From Acutalibacteraceae bacterium (GTDB taxonomy: Bacteria; Bacillota; Clostridia; Oscillospirales; Acutalibacteraceae): a DNA stretch of 52,194 nt. Below the pieces are notes generated by a model. That model worked only from the letters and a program-made list of their open reading frames with translations. It was not told where the DNA came from and ran no database searches. Where the stretch lies: NCBI GenBank assembly GCA_051880775.1, contig JBJEOP010000065.1, positions 1 to 52,194 on the forward strand, written 5' to 3'. The position numbers were made by a program, and so were the translations under genes. Shown here piece by piece: positions 27,290-35,420 of this stretch; the stretch's first letter is position 1; every line of letters begins with the position of its first letter.

Positions 27290-30200
27290 TTAAATATCCA
27301 TTACATTGTCTGTCCAGAGTTCGCACTGTGTCATAACGGTCTGAACAGCGTCTTCCATACCCTCAGGCGGGTATTTATGTTTTCTGAGAAGTTTTTTGAT
27401 AAGCATACGCATTTTTGCCCTTGCGGAGTCCCTTTTCTGCCAGTCGATTGTTTTGTTTTTGCGTAGAGTATCTGCCAGTTCCTTTGTAATTGCAATCAGT
27501 TCGTCATTTTCGTAAAAATCCTTGATTGCCTGTGGCTTTGTAAGAGCGTCATAAAAGGCAAGCTCGTCTGCTGTAAGACCGAGTTTTTCTCCGTCTTTGT
27601 GTGCTGCGGCAATTTGTTTTGCGAGTTTCAGCATTTCTTCAATGACTTCTTCATTTGTCAGCATACCGTTAAGATAAGCATTAAGAGAACGCTGCATAAT
27701 TTCGCTGAATTTTTCGGACTTAACAACATTTGTCCTGCGATAAACGGACACCTGTTCTGCAATAAGTTTTTTCAGAAGTTCAACAGCAAGATTTTTTTCT
27801 TTCATATTTGCAACTTCTTCAAGAAATTCAGGGTCAAACAGCGAAAATTCCTCTTTAATATCCGAAAAAAGATTTATTACACCCTCACTTTTGATACTTT
27901 GTTTTAATAATTCGTTGATTCTTGCGTTCATTTCAGGGAGGGAAATTTTCTTTCCTGTTCCTGTATTCGTAAGCCTTAGTACAAGAACACGCACAGCTTC
28001 AAAAAATGCGGCTTCAAAACGGCTGTCCTCATCGACAATGGACGAACAAAGAGATAATGCCTGACGCAGCATAAGTGCTTCTTTGACAAATGAATCCTTG
28101 TCTTCGATTTTCTCTCTGTCCATAATAAAGTTTACAGCACCGCTTATTGTTTTTGCCCGTTCAAGATCAGTGCCTGTTTTAAACTTTGAATAATCGTATC
28201 CGTGAAATTTGTCACGGCATACTGACAATTTTTCCATAAATTTAGGATAAGCAACCTTTGATACATCAGTATTGCCGTAATTCTTTTTATCACGGACAGT
28301 ATAGTCATTCATTGCCTGTTTTAAAGCGGTTGCAATGCCTACATAATCTACAATAAGTCCGCCCTCTTTATCTCGGAATACACGATTTACACGGGCGATT
28401 GCCTGCATAAGATTATGTCCTGACATAGGCTTGTAAACATACATAGTAGCAAGCGACGGAACATCAAATCCCGTAAGCCACATATCTACAACAATGGCAA
28501 TTTTAAGCGGACTGTTATTATCCTTGAATTTTTTTGCGAGTTCGTCTTTGTGTTGTTTGTTGCCGATAATTTTATGCCATTCTTCCGGGTCATTGTTTCC
28601 TGATGTCATAACTACAGCCACTTTTTCTGTCCAGGCAGGGCGAAGTTTAAGAATACGATGGTATATTTTCATCGCAATAGGTCGGGAATATGCAACAATC
28701 ATTGCTTTGCCTGTAAGCAAATTTTCACGGTTGTTCTCGTAATGGTCGAGAATATCGCAAACTAATGAATTAACCGTATTGTCGTTGCCGAGAATTGCCT
28801 CCATTTGTCCGAGTTCACGCTTGCTTTTTTGTATGACTTCTTCATCAGCATTATTTGCCATAATGTCATATTCATCATCAATAAGTTTAAGAGTTTTCTC
28901 GTCAAGATTCAGTTTGATTACACGGCTTTCATAATAAACAGGTCGTGTTGCTCCGTCCTCTACTGCCTGTGTCATATCGTAAATGTCGATATAATCTCCG
29001 AATACTTCACGGGTGCTACGGTCTTTTGAGGATATAGGCGTACCTGTAAAGCCAATGTATGTAGCGTTTGGCAAAGTGTTGCGGATAATACGGGCTGTAC
29101 CTGTAACACGCTTTGCAATATCTTCGCCCTTTTCGTTTTTGGTTATTTTTATCTTTTCTGTAAGTCCATACTGTCCCCGGTGTGCTTCATCTGCCATAAC
29201 AATTATATTATTGCGTTCTGAAAGCGGTTCGTGCGATTCCTCGAACTTTTGCATTGTTGTAAAAATAATGCCGTTTGCCTGTCTGCCGGCAAGCAGGGAT
29301 TTCAGATGTTCACGGCTTTCAGCGTGTATCGGTTCCTGCCTTAAAAAATCCTTGCACTTTGCAAACTGACTGTAAAGCTGATTGTCAAGGTCGTTTCTGT
29401 CGGTCAGTACAACGATTGTCGGGCTGTTTAGTGTTTCCTGTAATAAATGAGCATAAAACACCATAGAAAGCGACTTTCCGCTTCCCTGTGTGTGCCAGAA
29501 TACACCGCCTTTACCGTCCGTAAGTGTTGCGTGTTTTGTGGATTCAATAGCTTTTCTTACCGCAAAATACTGATGATAGCCTGCAAGAATTTTAAAAGAA
29601 TTTATACCCTCGTTAGAAAAGCATATAAAATTCTTTATTATATCAAGCAGTCTTTCTTTTTTGAATATTCCCTCAAAGAAAGTGTCAAACTGTGCATACT
29701 GTGTGTTTTCGTAATCTCCGTCCTTTGTTTTCCATTCCATAAAGCGGTCTTCACCTGAGGTAATTGTACCCGCTTTTGAAGTCAGCTGGTCGCTCATTAC
29801 ACAAATAGCGTTGTAAATGAACATTGACGGAATTTCCATCATATAGTTTCTAAGTTGCCTGTATGCCTCAGACACATCTGTTTCTTCACGGGACGGCGAT
29901 TTTAACTCAATCAGAACAACAGGCAAACCGTTCAGAAACAGAATTACATCGGGGCGTTTGTTGCTGTTTTCAATGAATGTCCATTGATTAGCAACGATAA
30001 AGGAGTTATTGTCGGGATTTTTATAGTCAACAAGATAAACGATAGAGGAACGCTCCTCACCGTCAACAAAAAATCTTACAGGAATACCGTTTTGCAGATA
30101 GTCCATAAAGACAGCGTTTTTCTGCACAAGTTCTCCGTTTTCAAAGTTTTTCAGCCTGAACAATGCGTCCTGAATAGCATCATCAGGCAGTCCTCTGTTC

Positions 30201-30355
30201 AGACGATAAAGAGCGTCAGTTAATACTTCTTCATATAACGGATTGCAATAATCTCTTTCAATATCAAAACCGTATGCGTAATCGTATCCCAAATCATTTC
30301 TGAACAGCTCAATTACAGAGTTTTCATAATCGGCTTCTGTGTATAATCCCGGCAT
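27290..30355 (-). CDS. hsdR: Type I restriction enzyme R subunit
   Basis: An N-terminal HSDR_N-like region, helicase motif I (HTQGSGKS) and motif II (IVMADEAHRGQ). The C-terminal DUF3387-like tail reads DWQKRDSARAKMR..IKKLLRKHKYPPE. Strong RBS AAGGAGG. Confidence 0.9.
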   Translation of the reverse strand: MPGLYTEADYENSVIELFRNDLGYDYAYGFDIERDYCNPLYEEVLTDALYRLNRGLPDDAIQDALFRLKNFENGELVQKNAVFMDYLQNGIPVRFFVDGEERSSIVYLVDYKNPDNNSFIVANQWTFIENSNKRPDVILFLNGLPVVLIELKSPSREETDVSEAYRQLRNYMMEIPSMFIYNAICVMSDQLTSKAGTITSGEDRFMEWKTKDGDYENTQYAQFDTFFEGIFKKERLLDIIKNFICFSNEGINSFKILAGYHQYFAVRKAIESTKHATLTDGKGGVFWHTQGSGKSLSMVFYAHLLQETLNSPTIVVLTDRNDLDNQLYSQFAKCKDFLRQEPIHAESREHLKSLLAGRQANGIIFTTMQKFEESHEPLSERNNIIVMADEAHRGQYGLTEKIKITKNEKGEDIAKRVTGTARIIRNTLPNATYIGFTGTPISSKDRSTREVFGDYIDIYDMTQAVEDGATRPVYYESRVIKLNLDEKTLKLIDDEYDIMANNADEEVIQKSKRELGQMEAILGNDNTVNSLVCDILDHYENNRENLLTGKAMIVAYSRPIAMKIYHRILKLRPAWTEKVAVVMTSGNNDPEEWHKIIGNKQHKDELAKKFKDNNSPLKIAIVVDMWLTGFDVPSLATMYVYKPMSGHNLMQAIARVNRVFRDKEGGLIVDYVGIATALKQAMNDYTVRDKKNYGNTDVSKVAYPKFMEKLSVCRDKFHGYDYSKFKTGTDLERAKTISGAVNFIMDREKIEDKDSFVKEALMLRQALSLCSSIVDEDSRFEAAFFEAVRVLVLRLTNTGTGKKISLPEMNARINELLKQSIKSEGVINLFSDIKEEFSLFDPEFLEEVANMKEKNLAVELLKKLIAEQVSVYRRTNVVKSEKFSEIMQRSLNAYLNGMLTNEEVIEEMLKLAKQIAAAHKDGEKLGLTADELAFYDALTKPQAIKDFYENDELIAITKELADTLRKNKTIDWQKRDSARAKMRMLIKKLLRKHKYPPEGMEDAVQTVMTQCELWTDNVMDI

Positions 30356-30373
30356 AATTGACCTCCTTATGTA

Positions 30374-31048
30374 TTAAAGTTTAGCAATATCAAGTGTATA
30401 ACCATTGTTTTGCATTTCTTTAGCAAGTGATAACTTCACTTCTTCTACATTATTTTTAAATGGTATATAGATAAGACCATCTATATCAGACGGCTTTTCC
30501 ATTGTTTCTGCCTGTGATAGAAGAATAGCAACTTTATCACGACCAATTCGAGAAAGTAACATTCCAAGTTCAAGAACAACATTCTGCCTTACTCGATACT
30601 GCTTTTTTGATTCATCATTTTTAGGATACCCAATATCATCTGGTGTTGCTAAAACGATTCCAAAATCAACTTGGCTTGTGTATTCTTCAAGCTTTTCAAT
30701 TATTGTTTGACCAGAAGAAATAAGCTGATCTAAAATAAGAGGTTCTAAATCCCACCTTCTTAGCATAGCTTCAAGTTGAGTTCGAGCATTTGTGTCATGA
30801 CCATAGACAACAAAAACTTTTTTATTAGCTGTCGTTTTCAAAGTTGAATTATGCAATATACTCATAACCTCCTGAGTATTTTTACCTTGCAGATTTACTT
30901 TACCGCTATCCCAACAGTTGATAATACAACCATTTGAAAGATTTAGGACTGTTGCAAGATTGTTTCCACTTCTCTTTTCATTTGCAATCGTAAAACCGTT
31001 AGCAATAAGAGTCTTTTTTACCTGTTCAAGAGACATTGTAAAGCTCAT
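30374..31048 (-). CDS. TIR-like domain protein (Cap12/PycTIR-type, COG4271-like) with N-terminal RNase HIII-N-like domain; candidate defence effector embedded in the hsd operon
   Basis: The C-terminal domain reads KVFVVYGHD..., GQTIIEKLEE, DFGIVLATPDD, RVRQNVVLELGML, EKPSDIDGLIY. The N-terminal CIINCWDSGKVNLQGKNTQE resembles the RNase HIII N-domain signature SGKVLFQGK. The gene is on the same strand, with gaps of 59 nt to hsdS and 18 nt to hsdR. Confidence 0.7.
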   Translation of the reverse strand: MSFTMSLEQVKKTLIANGFTIANEKRSGNNLATVLNLSNGCIINCWDSGKVNLQGKNTQEVMSILHNSTLKTTANKKVFVVYGHDTNARTQLEAMLRRWDLEPLILDQLISSGQTIIEKLEEYTSQVDFGIVLATPDDIGYPKNDESKKQYRVRQNVVLELGMLLSRIGRDKVAILLSQAETMEKPSDIDGLIYIPFKNNVEEVKLSLAKEMQNNGYTLDIAKL

Positions 31049-31107
31049 AATTATCTGTTTCCTTTCAAAAAAATATGGTTGATTTGTATAAACAATAATT
31101 TAGCGGC

Positions 31108-32235
31108 TTAAATATCAATTTCTGAAACATCAAGCTCGCCTGACATAAGTTTTTGTAACAAACTATCTCTTAAAGCCGTTAATTGTTTATTTTCAGCAGC
31201 ATTAGTTCTGTATAGCTCTTTGAATGGCTTCACGAAATCCGAAAATTCTGATAATTCATTGTCGCTTGGAATGGGAATTTCGTACTTTTCAAGTGTTGAT
31301 ACTGTAATTTGTGGTTGAGCAGAGCCAGTATTCATTACTTTAGTATCGTGAAGTCGTAGATAATGATATAAATAATCATCGTGTTCAACACAAGTGGTAA
31401 TGATTGCGATTGCAAGATTTGTTAGATAACAGTTTGCTGGTGTGTACTTTATATCTCCACAACCACCAACACCACGGGCAACGATAATAAGTTGTGGTTC
31501 GGAATACATTACTTCGGGATATAAGCCAACTATTTGATAACCACTGAAAGCCACATAGTTTCCTGTTCCTAACTTTTCTTTTTTAGGCATTGTTCCATAC
31601 TTGAATTTAGCAATAGTTCCTAATGTGCTGTAAACGGAAATATCATTATCATATTTGCTAAACATATCATGGAATTTTGCAGTAACTTGTTTCATTAAAT
31701 TATTGTTTATAGAAATATTAAGTTTGATTTTGTCATCTAATGGCTTTAAAACGCTTATAACCTTTTCTTGTTGTTCCAATTTAGGAATGTTCACTGTTAC
31801 CTGTTTAAAATCCTTTAACACTATTCTTGGTAATGCTGAACCTGATACGCAATTCGATGAAATGTAATTATACACATCAGGTGATTTTAACAAATAACAC
31901 AAGTATTCAGGTATAACATATTCAGTATTAGGTCTGAAAATAGCAATAGACGATAAAATTGCCTCATCTTTTGTTTCATTACATAAAAATATTTGCTTTA
32001 AATAACTTCCATCTTTGGCTACTAAAATGTCATTTTTTTGTGGAACACAACCTCCTTTTTTCATTTTTTCAAAATCTTCACCTGAGATTTTTTTGCATTT
32101 TGAATAATCAAATCCATATTCCAACATATCTTTTACAGAAAACATTGGATAACCGTTTTCAACAGCTTTTGGACTATAATGTGAACCATCAGTTATAGTG
32201 GTGCATATTTGTTCTAACTTATATTTCATACCCAA
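31108..32235 (-). CDS. hsdS: Type I restriction enzyme specificity subunit
   Basis: Two target-recognition-domain halves separated by coiled conserved regions (LEQQEKVISVLKPLDDKI... and ENKQLTALRDSLLQKLMSGELDV). It overlaps the hsdM stop by 17 nt. Confidence 0.85.
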   Translation of the reverse strand: MGMKYKLEQICTTITDGSHYSPKAVENGYPMFSVKDMLEYGFDYSKCKKISGEDFEKMKKGGCVPQKNDILVAKDGSYLKQIFLCNETKDEAILSSIAIFRPNTEYVIPEYLCYLLKSPDVYNYISSNCVSGSALPRIVLKDFKQVTVNIPKLEQQEKVISVLKPLDDKIKLNISINNNLMKQVTAKFHDMFSKYDNDISVYSTLGTIAKFKYGTMPKKEKLGTGNYVAFSGYQIVGLYPEVMYSEPQLIIVARGVGGCGDIKYTPANCYLTNLAIAIITTCVEHDDYLYHYLRLHDTKVMNTGSAQPQITVSTLEKYEIPIPSDNELSEFSDFVKPFKELYRTNAAENKQLTALRDSLLQKLMSGELDVSEIDI

Positions 32236-33724
32236 TCGCCCCTAACTTCTTGCGGATTTCTTCTTCGAGTTCGTGGGATTTTTTGAACATATCCGACAGT
32301 TCTGATGTTAGACGGGTCATCTTTTCTTCAAACGGTTCGCCGTCGTCTTCCTGTTCCTCAATGCCTACATATCGTCCCGGAGTAAGAATAAAATCCTGTT
32401 TTTCAATCTCTTTAAGGTCGGCTACTGCACAAAAACCTTTTACATCTTCAAGCGTTCCGTCCTGAAACTGACTGAATGTATCTGCTAACTTCTGTATATC
32501 CTCGTCGGTAAAATCCCTGTGTTTACGGTCAACCATATATCCCATTTTTCGTGCGTCAATAAACAGAGTTTTGCCTTTTTGCTTTTTGTTTTTTGAAATA
32601 AACCAGAGCGTAACGGGAATTGTAACGCTGTAAAAAAGCTGTGTCGGCATAGCTACAATGCCTTCTACAAGGTCAGCCTGAATGATATTTTTTCTTATTT
32701 CACCCTCACCGCCTGACTGAGAAGACAAAGCACCGTTAGCAAGCACAAGACCGATTTTTCCGTTAGGTGCAAGATGATGTATCATATGCTGAATCCACGC
32801 ATAGTTGGCATTTCCGGCAGGCGGTATTCCGTATTTCCAGCGAACATCGTCTTTGAGCTTATCCTGTCCCCAGTTAGAAAGGTTAAAAGGAGGATTAGCC
32901 ATAATAAAATCTGCTTTAAGCGTTTTATGTAAATCATTAAAGAATGTGTCAGCGTGATATGCTCCGAAATCAGCGTCAATGCCACGAATAGCCATATTCA
33001 TTTTTGCCATTTTCCAGGTATCAGCGTTGGATTCCTGACCGTAAACGGCAATTTCTCCACGCTTGCCACTGTGTGCCTGAATGAATTTTGCACTCTGTAC
33101 GAACATACCGCCACTGCCACAGCAAGGGTCATATACACGGCAGTTTTTGAACGGTTTAAGTATTGCAACAATAGTTTTAACGATACTTGCCGGAGTGTAG
33201 AACTCACCGCCCTTAACACCCTCATAGGCGGCGAACTGCTGAATACAATATTCGTAGGTTCTGCCGAGTAAGTCTTTGCTGTCTTCTGTGTCGCCCATAT
33301 CAACATTTGTAAACAGGTCAACAACATCACCCAGAACACGCTTGTCTAAATCAGGACTTGCGTAATTTTTCGGCAAAACATTTTTAAGAGTAGGGTTTTC
33401 TTTTTCAATAGCCCTCATAGCGTCGTCTATAACTGTGCCTATTTCGGGTGTATGTGCCGCCGAAGCTATTTTGCTCCAACGAGCGTCCACAGGTACAAAG
33501 AAAATATTTTCTTCTGTGTAAGCGTCCCTGTCGTCCTCGAAACCGTCGCCCTCATCGACAAGCTCCTGATAGCGTTTTTCAAATGCACTTGAAATATACC
33601 TCAGGAAGATAAGACCTACAATAACCTTTCTGTATTCTGCCGCAGGAATATGTCCCCAAAGAACACAGGCGGCATTCCATATTTGTTTTTCAAAGCCTAT
33701 ATTAGCATTATTGCTTGTAGCCAT
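32219..33724 (-). CDS. hsdM: Type I restriction enzyme N6-adenine DNA methyltransferase subunit
   Basis: An HsdM_N-like N-terminus (LWNAACVLWG...EYRKVIVGLIFLRYIS), the AdoMet motif VYDPCCGSGGM and the catalytic motif ANPPFN. Confidence 0.9.
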   Translation of the reverse strand: MATSNNANIGFEKQIWNAACVLWGHIPAAEYRKVIVGLIFLRYISSAFEKRYQELVDEGDGFEDDRDAYTEENIFFVPVDARWSKIASAAHTPEIGTVIDDAMRAIEKENPTLKNVLPKNYASPDLDKRVLGDVVDLFTNVDMGDTEDSKDLLGRTYEYCIQQFAAYEGVKGGEFYTPASIVKTIVAILKPFKNCRVYDPCCGSGGMFVQSAKFIQAHSGKRGEIAVYGQESNADTWKMAKMNMAIRGIDADFGAYHADTFFNDLHKTLKADFIMANPPFNLSNWGQDKLKDDVRWKYGIPPAGNANYAWIQHMIHHLAPNGKIGLVLANGALSSQSGGEGEIRKNIIQADLVEGIVAMPTQLFYSVTIPVTLWFISKNKKQKGKTLFIDARKMGYMVDRKHRDFTDEDIQKLADTFSQFQDGTLEDVKGFCAVADLKEIEKQDFILTPGRYVGIEEQEDDGEPFEEKMTRLTSELSDMFKKSHELEEEIRKKLGAIGYEI

Positions 33725-33759
33725 TTTTAAAATCGTCCTTTCTGATAAAAATACAAACT

Positions 33760-33803
33760 AATCTACATATTTATTAAGTATTATAACAATAAATATGTAG
33801 ATT
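33760..33803. promoter_or_regulatory. Perfect 15-bp inverted repeat AATCTACATATTTAT / ATAAATATGTAGATT overlapping the hsd promoter (candidate operator)
   Basis: Arms at 33760-33774 and 33789-33803 with a 14-nt spacer. One arm fills the -35/-10 spacer and the other lies just downstream of the predicted start site. Confidence 0.55.
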
Positions 33804-33808
33804 TTCAA
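33780..33808 (-). promoter_or_regulatory. Sigma-A-like promoter of the hsd operon (TTGAAA, 17 nt spacer, TATAAT on the minus strand)
   Basis: On the minus strand this reads TTGAAA (33808-33803), a 17-nt spacer, then TATAAT (33785-33780). It lies about 55 nt upstream of the hsdM ATG. Confidence 0.55.
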
Positions 33809-34036
33809 TATAAATGGGGATATTTTGCACATTTATTTCATAAATTATATTTCTGAATATGATGTAATGAAAAGAAACACAATAAAAATAAGAACAAATA
33901 ATTATTTTTTTGAAAATAGTGTGTTAAAATCTTACAAAACCACACAAAATATATCATAAAATAAACACAAATCATTTTAAAAGTTATTTTAATTGATGAT
34001 AAATTAACAAACTTTCAGAAAATTAAAAATACCCTC

Positions 34037-34065
34037 TTGCAAATTTGGAATAGAAAGTTTATAAT
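34037..34065 (+). promoter_or_regulatory. Sigma-A-like promoter (TTGCAA, 17 nt spacer, TATAAT) for the amino-acid ABC operon leader
   Basis: Hexamers at 34037-34042 and 34060-34065. This implies a leader of about 320 nt. Confidence 0.5.
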
Positions 34066-34120
34066 ACGACCATACCAAGCGAAACAAACCGCTTGATATA
34101 AAAGTAAGCTAAGACAATGA

Positions 34121-34173
34121 GGTCACTTAGGATTATGCAGAATGATTTGCAGAATTCCGAAAGTGACTTTTTT
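34121..34173 (+). promoter_or_regulatory. Leader hairpin 0 (degenerate copy): GGTCACTT...AAGTGACT followed by a T-run
   Basis: An 8-bp stem sharing the GTCACTT/AAGTGAC core with hairpins 1 and 2, followed by T5-6. Confidence 0.4.
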
Positions 34174-34229
34174 AGTTTAAAACTCAGTATAATTTTCTGA
34201 TGAATAACCAATCTTGAAAAAGGGACAAA

Positions 34230-34290
34230 GGCGTCACTTCTGTTTGAACTTAAATGTTCAGCAAATGGAAGTGACGCCCTTTTCGGTTTT
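34230..34290 (+). promoter_or_regulatory. Leader hairpin 1: terminator-like GGCGTCACTTC...GAAGTGACGCC followed by CTTTTCGGTTTT
   Basis: An 11-bp perfect stem, an inner TGAAC/GTTCA hairpin, a conserved GTTCAGCAAAT, and a conserved 5' flank AAGGGACAAAGG. Confidence 0.55.
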
Positions 34291-34304
34291 AACAAGGGGA
34301 CAAA

Positions 34305-34363
34305 GGTGTCACTTCGATCTGCTGAACCAAAAGCGTTCAGCAAATTGAAATGACACCTTTTTT
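34305..34363 (+). promoter_or_regulatory. Leader hairpin 2: terminator-like GGTGTCACTTC...GAAATGACACC followed by TTTTTT
   Basis: It has the same architecture as hairpin 1, with a compensatory C:G to U:A change in the stem. It ends 30 nt before ATG 34393. Confidence 0.55.
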
Positions 34364-34392
34364 CATAATTATTTTTTAGGGAGAGGATAATA

Positions 34393-35316
34393 ATGAAAAG
34401 CAGAATCAAAAAACTTTTAGCACTCACAATGGCAGGTTGTATGAGTATGGCATTGATGGCAGGTTGTAGCGGTTCGGGAACATCAGGCAGTTCATCACCT
34501 GCTGAAAGCAAAGCAGATTCAAGTGCCGCAGAGTCAACCGACGAAAAAAAGGTTCTTCGTGTAGGTATGGAATGTACTTATGCACCGTTTAATTGGACTC
34601 AGACAAGTGAAGATGTAGCAAACGGTGATAAGGCTGTAAAGATTTACGGACAGAACACATACGCTTACGGATATGATGTTATGGTAGCAAAAAAGCTTGC
34701 TGATAAACTCGGTATGGAAGTAGAAGTTCACAAGGTTGAATGGGATTCAATCGGTCTTGGACTTGATGCTAACGAATATGACTGTATTATCGCCGGTATG
34801 GGCAGAACAGCAGTAAGAGAAAAATCGTATGCGTTTACTGAGCCTTATTATTACAGAGATAACTGCATTGTTGTAAAAGCAGATTCAGAACTTGCCTCAG
34901 TAACAGGCTTGTCACAGCTTGCAGGCAAGAATGTAAAAGTTACAACACAGCTCGGTACAGGCTGGGTTGATTTGCTTGACCAGATTCCTGATGTAGTTAA
35001 AGGTGCTAACTACGAAACAACAGGTGAAGTATTCCTTGCGGTTTCAAACGGTGTTGCCGATGTTGCCGTTATTGATGTACCGACAGCGGAGTCTGCATTA
35101 CTTACAAACAAGGATCTGAAGCTTATTCAGCTTGACGAAAAAGATACATTCCAGAACGACCAGGAAATGACCAATGTATGTATCGCAACAAGAAAGAACG
35201 ATACAGAATTCAGGGATAAACTCCAGAAAGCTATGGACGACATAGGCTGGAACGATAAGGAAACTATGGACAAGCTTATGCAGGAGGCAATAGAGAATCA
35301 GCCGGCTGCATCATAA
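34393..35316 (+). CDS. Amino-acid ABC transporter substrate-binding lipoprotein (family 3)
   Basis: The lipobox LMAGC is followed by a Ser-rich linker. VLRVGMECTYAPFNW...DCIIAGMGRT..R...Y.FTEPYY are SBP_bac_3-type motifs. Confidence 0.85.
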   Translation: MKSRIKKLLALTMAGCMSMALMAGCSGSGTSGSSSPAESKADSSAAESTDEKKVLRVGMECTYAPFNWTQTSEDVANGDKAVKIYGQNTYAYGYDVMVAKKLADKLGMEVEVHKVEWDSIGLGLDANEYDCIIAGMGRTAVREKSYAFTEPYYYRDNCIVVKADSELASVTGLSQLAGKNVKVTTQLGTGWVDLLDQIPDVVKGANYETTGEVFLAVSNGVADVAVIDVPTAESALLTNKDLKLIQLDEKDTFQNDQEMTNVCIATRKNDTEFRDKLQKAMDDIGWNDKETMDKLMQEAIENQPAAS

Positions 35317-35346
35317 GCAGACAAATATTTATTAAATAAGAAAAAA

Positions 35347-35374
35347 CTGTGGCTGCTTTAACGGGCAGCCACAG
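35347..35374 (+). other. Intercistronic stem-loop (CTGTGGCTGC / GCAGCCACAG) without a T-run
   Basis: A perfect 10-bp GC-rich stem between the binding-protein and permease genes. It is probably an mRNA-stabilising or partially attenuating element. Confidence 0.5.
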
Positions 35375-35420
35375 ATACTCTTAAAGAATAGTAATTGAAA
35401 ATATAAGGGGAGAAAACCGT

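Noticed and set aside
31108-32235. A phase-variable Type I system (hsdS shuffling by a linked recombinase)
   Set aside because: Only one hsdS gene is present. There are no inverted hsdS half-gene copies, and the only recombinase sequence is a broken fragment 4 kb away on the other side of hsdR.
34072-34392. A T-box leader upstream of the amino-acid ABC operon
   Set aside because: There is no T-box sequence (…GGTGGTACCGCG-like) and no specifier-loop/stem I architecture. The structure is three repeated simple hairpins instead.
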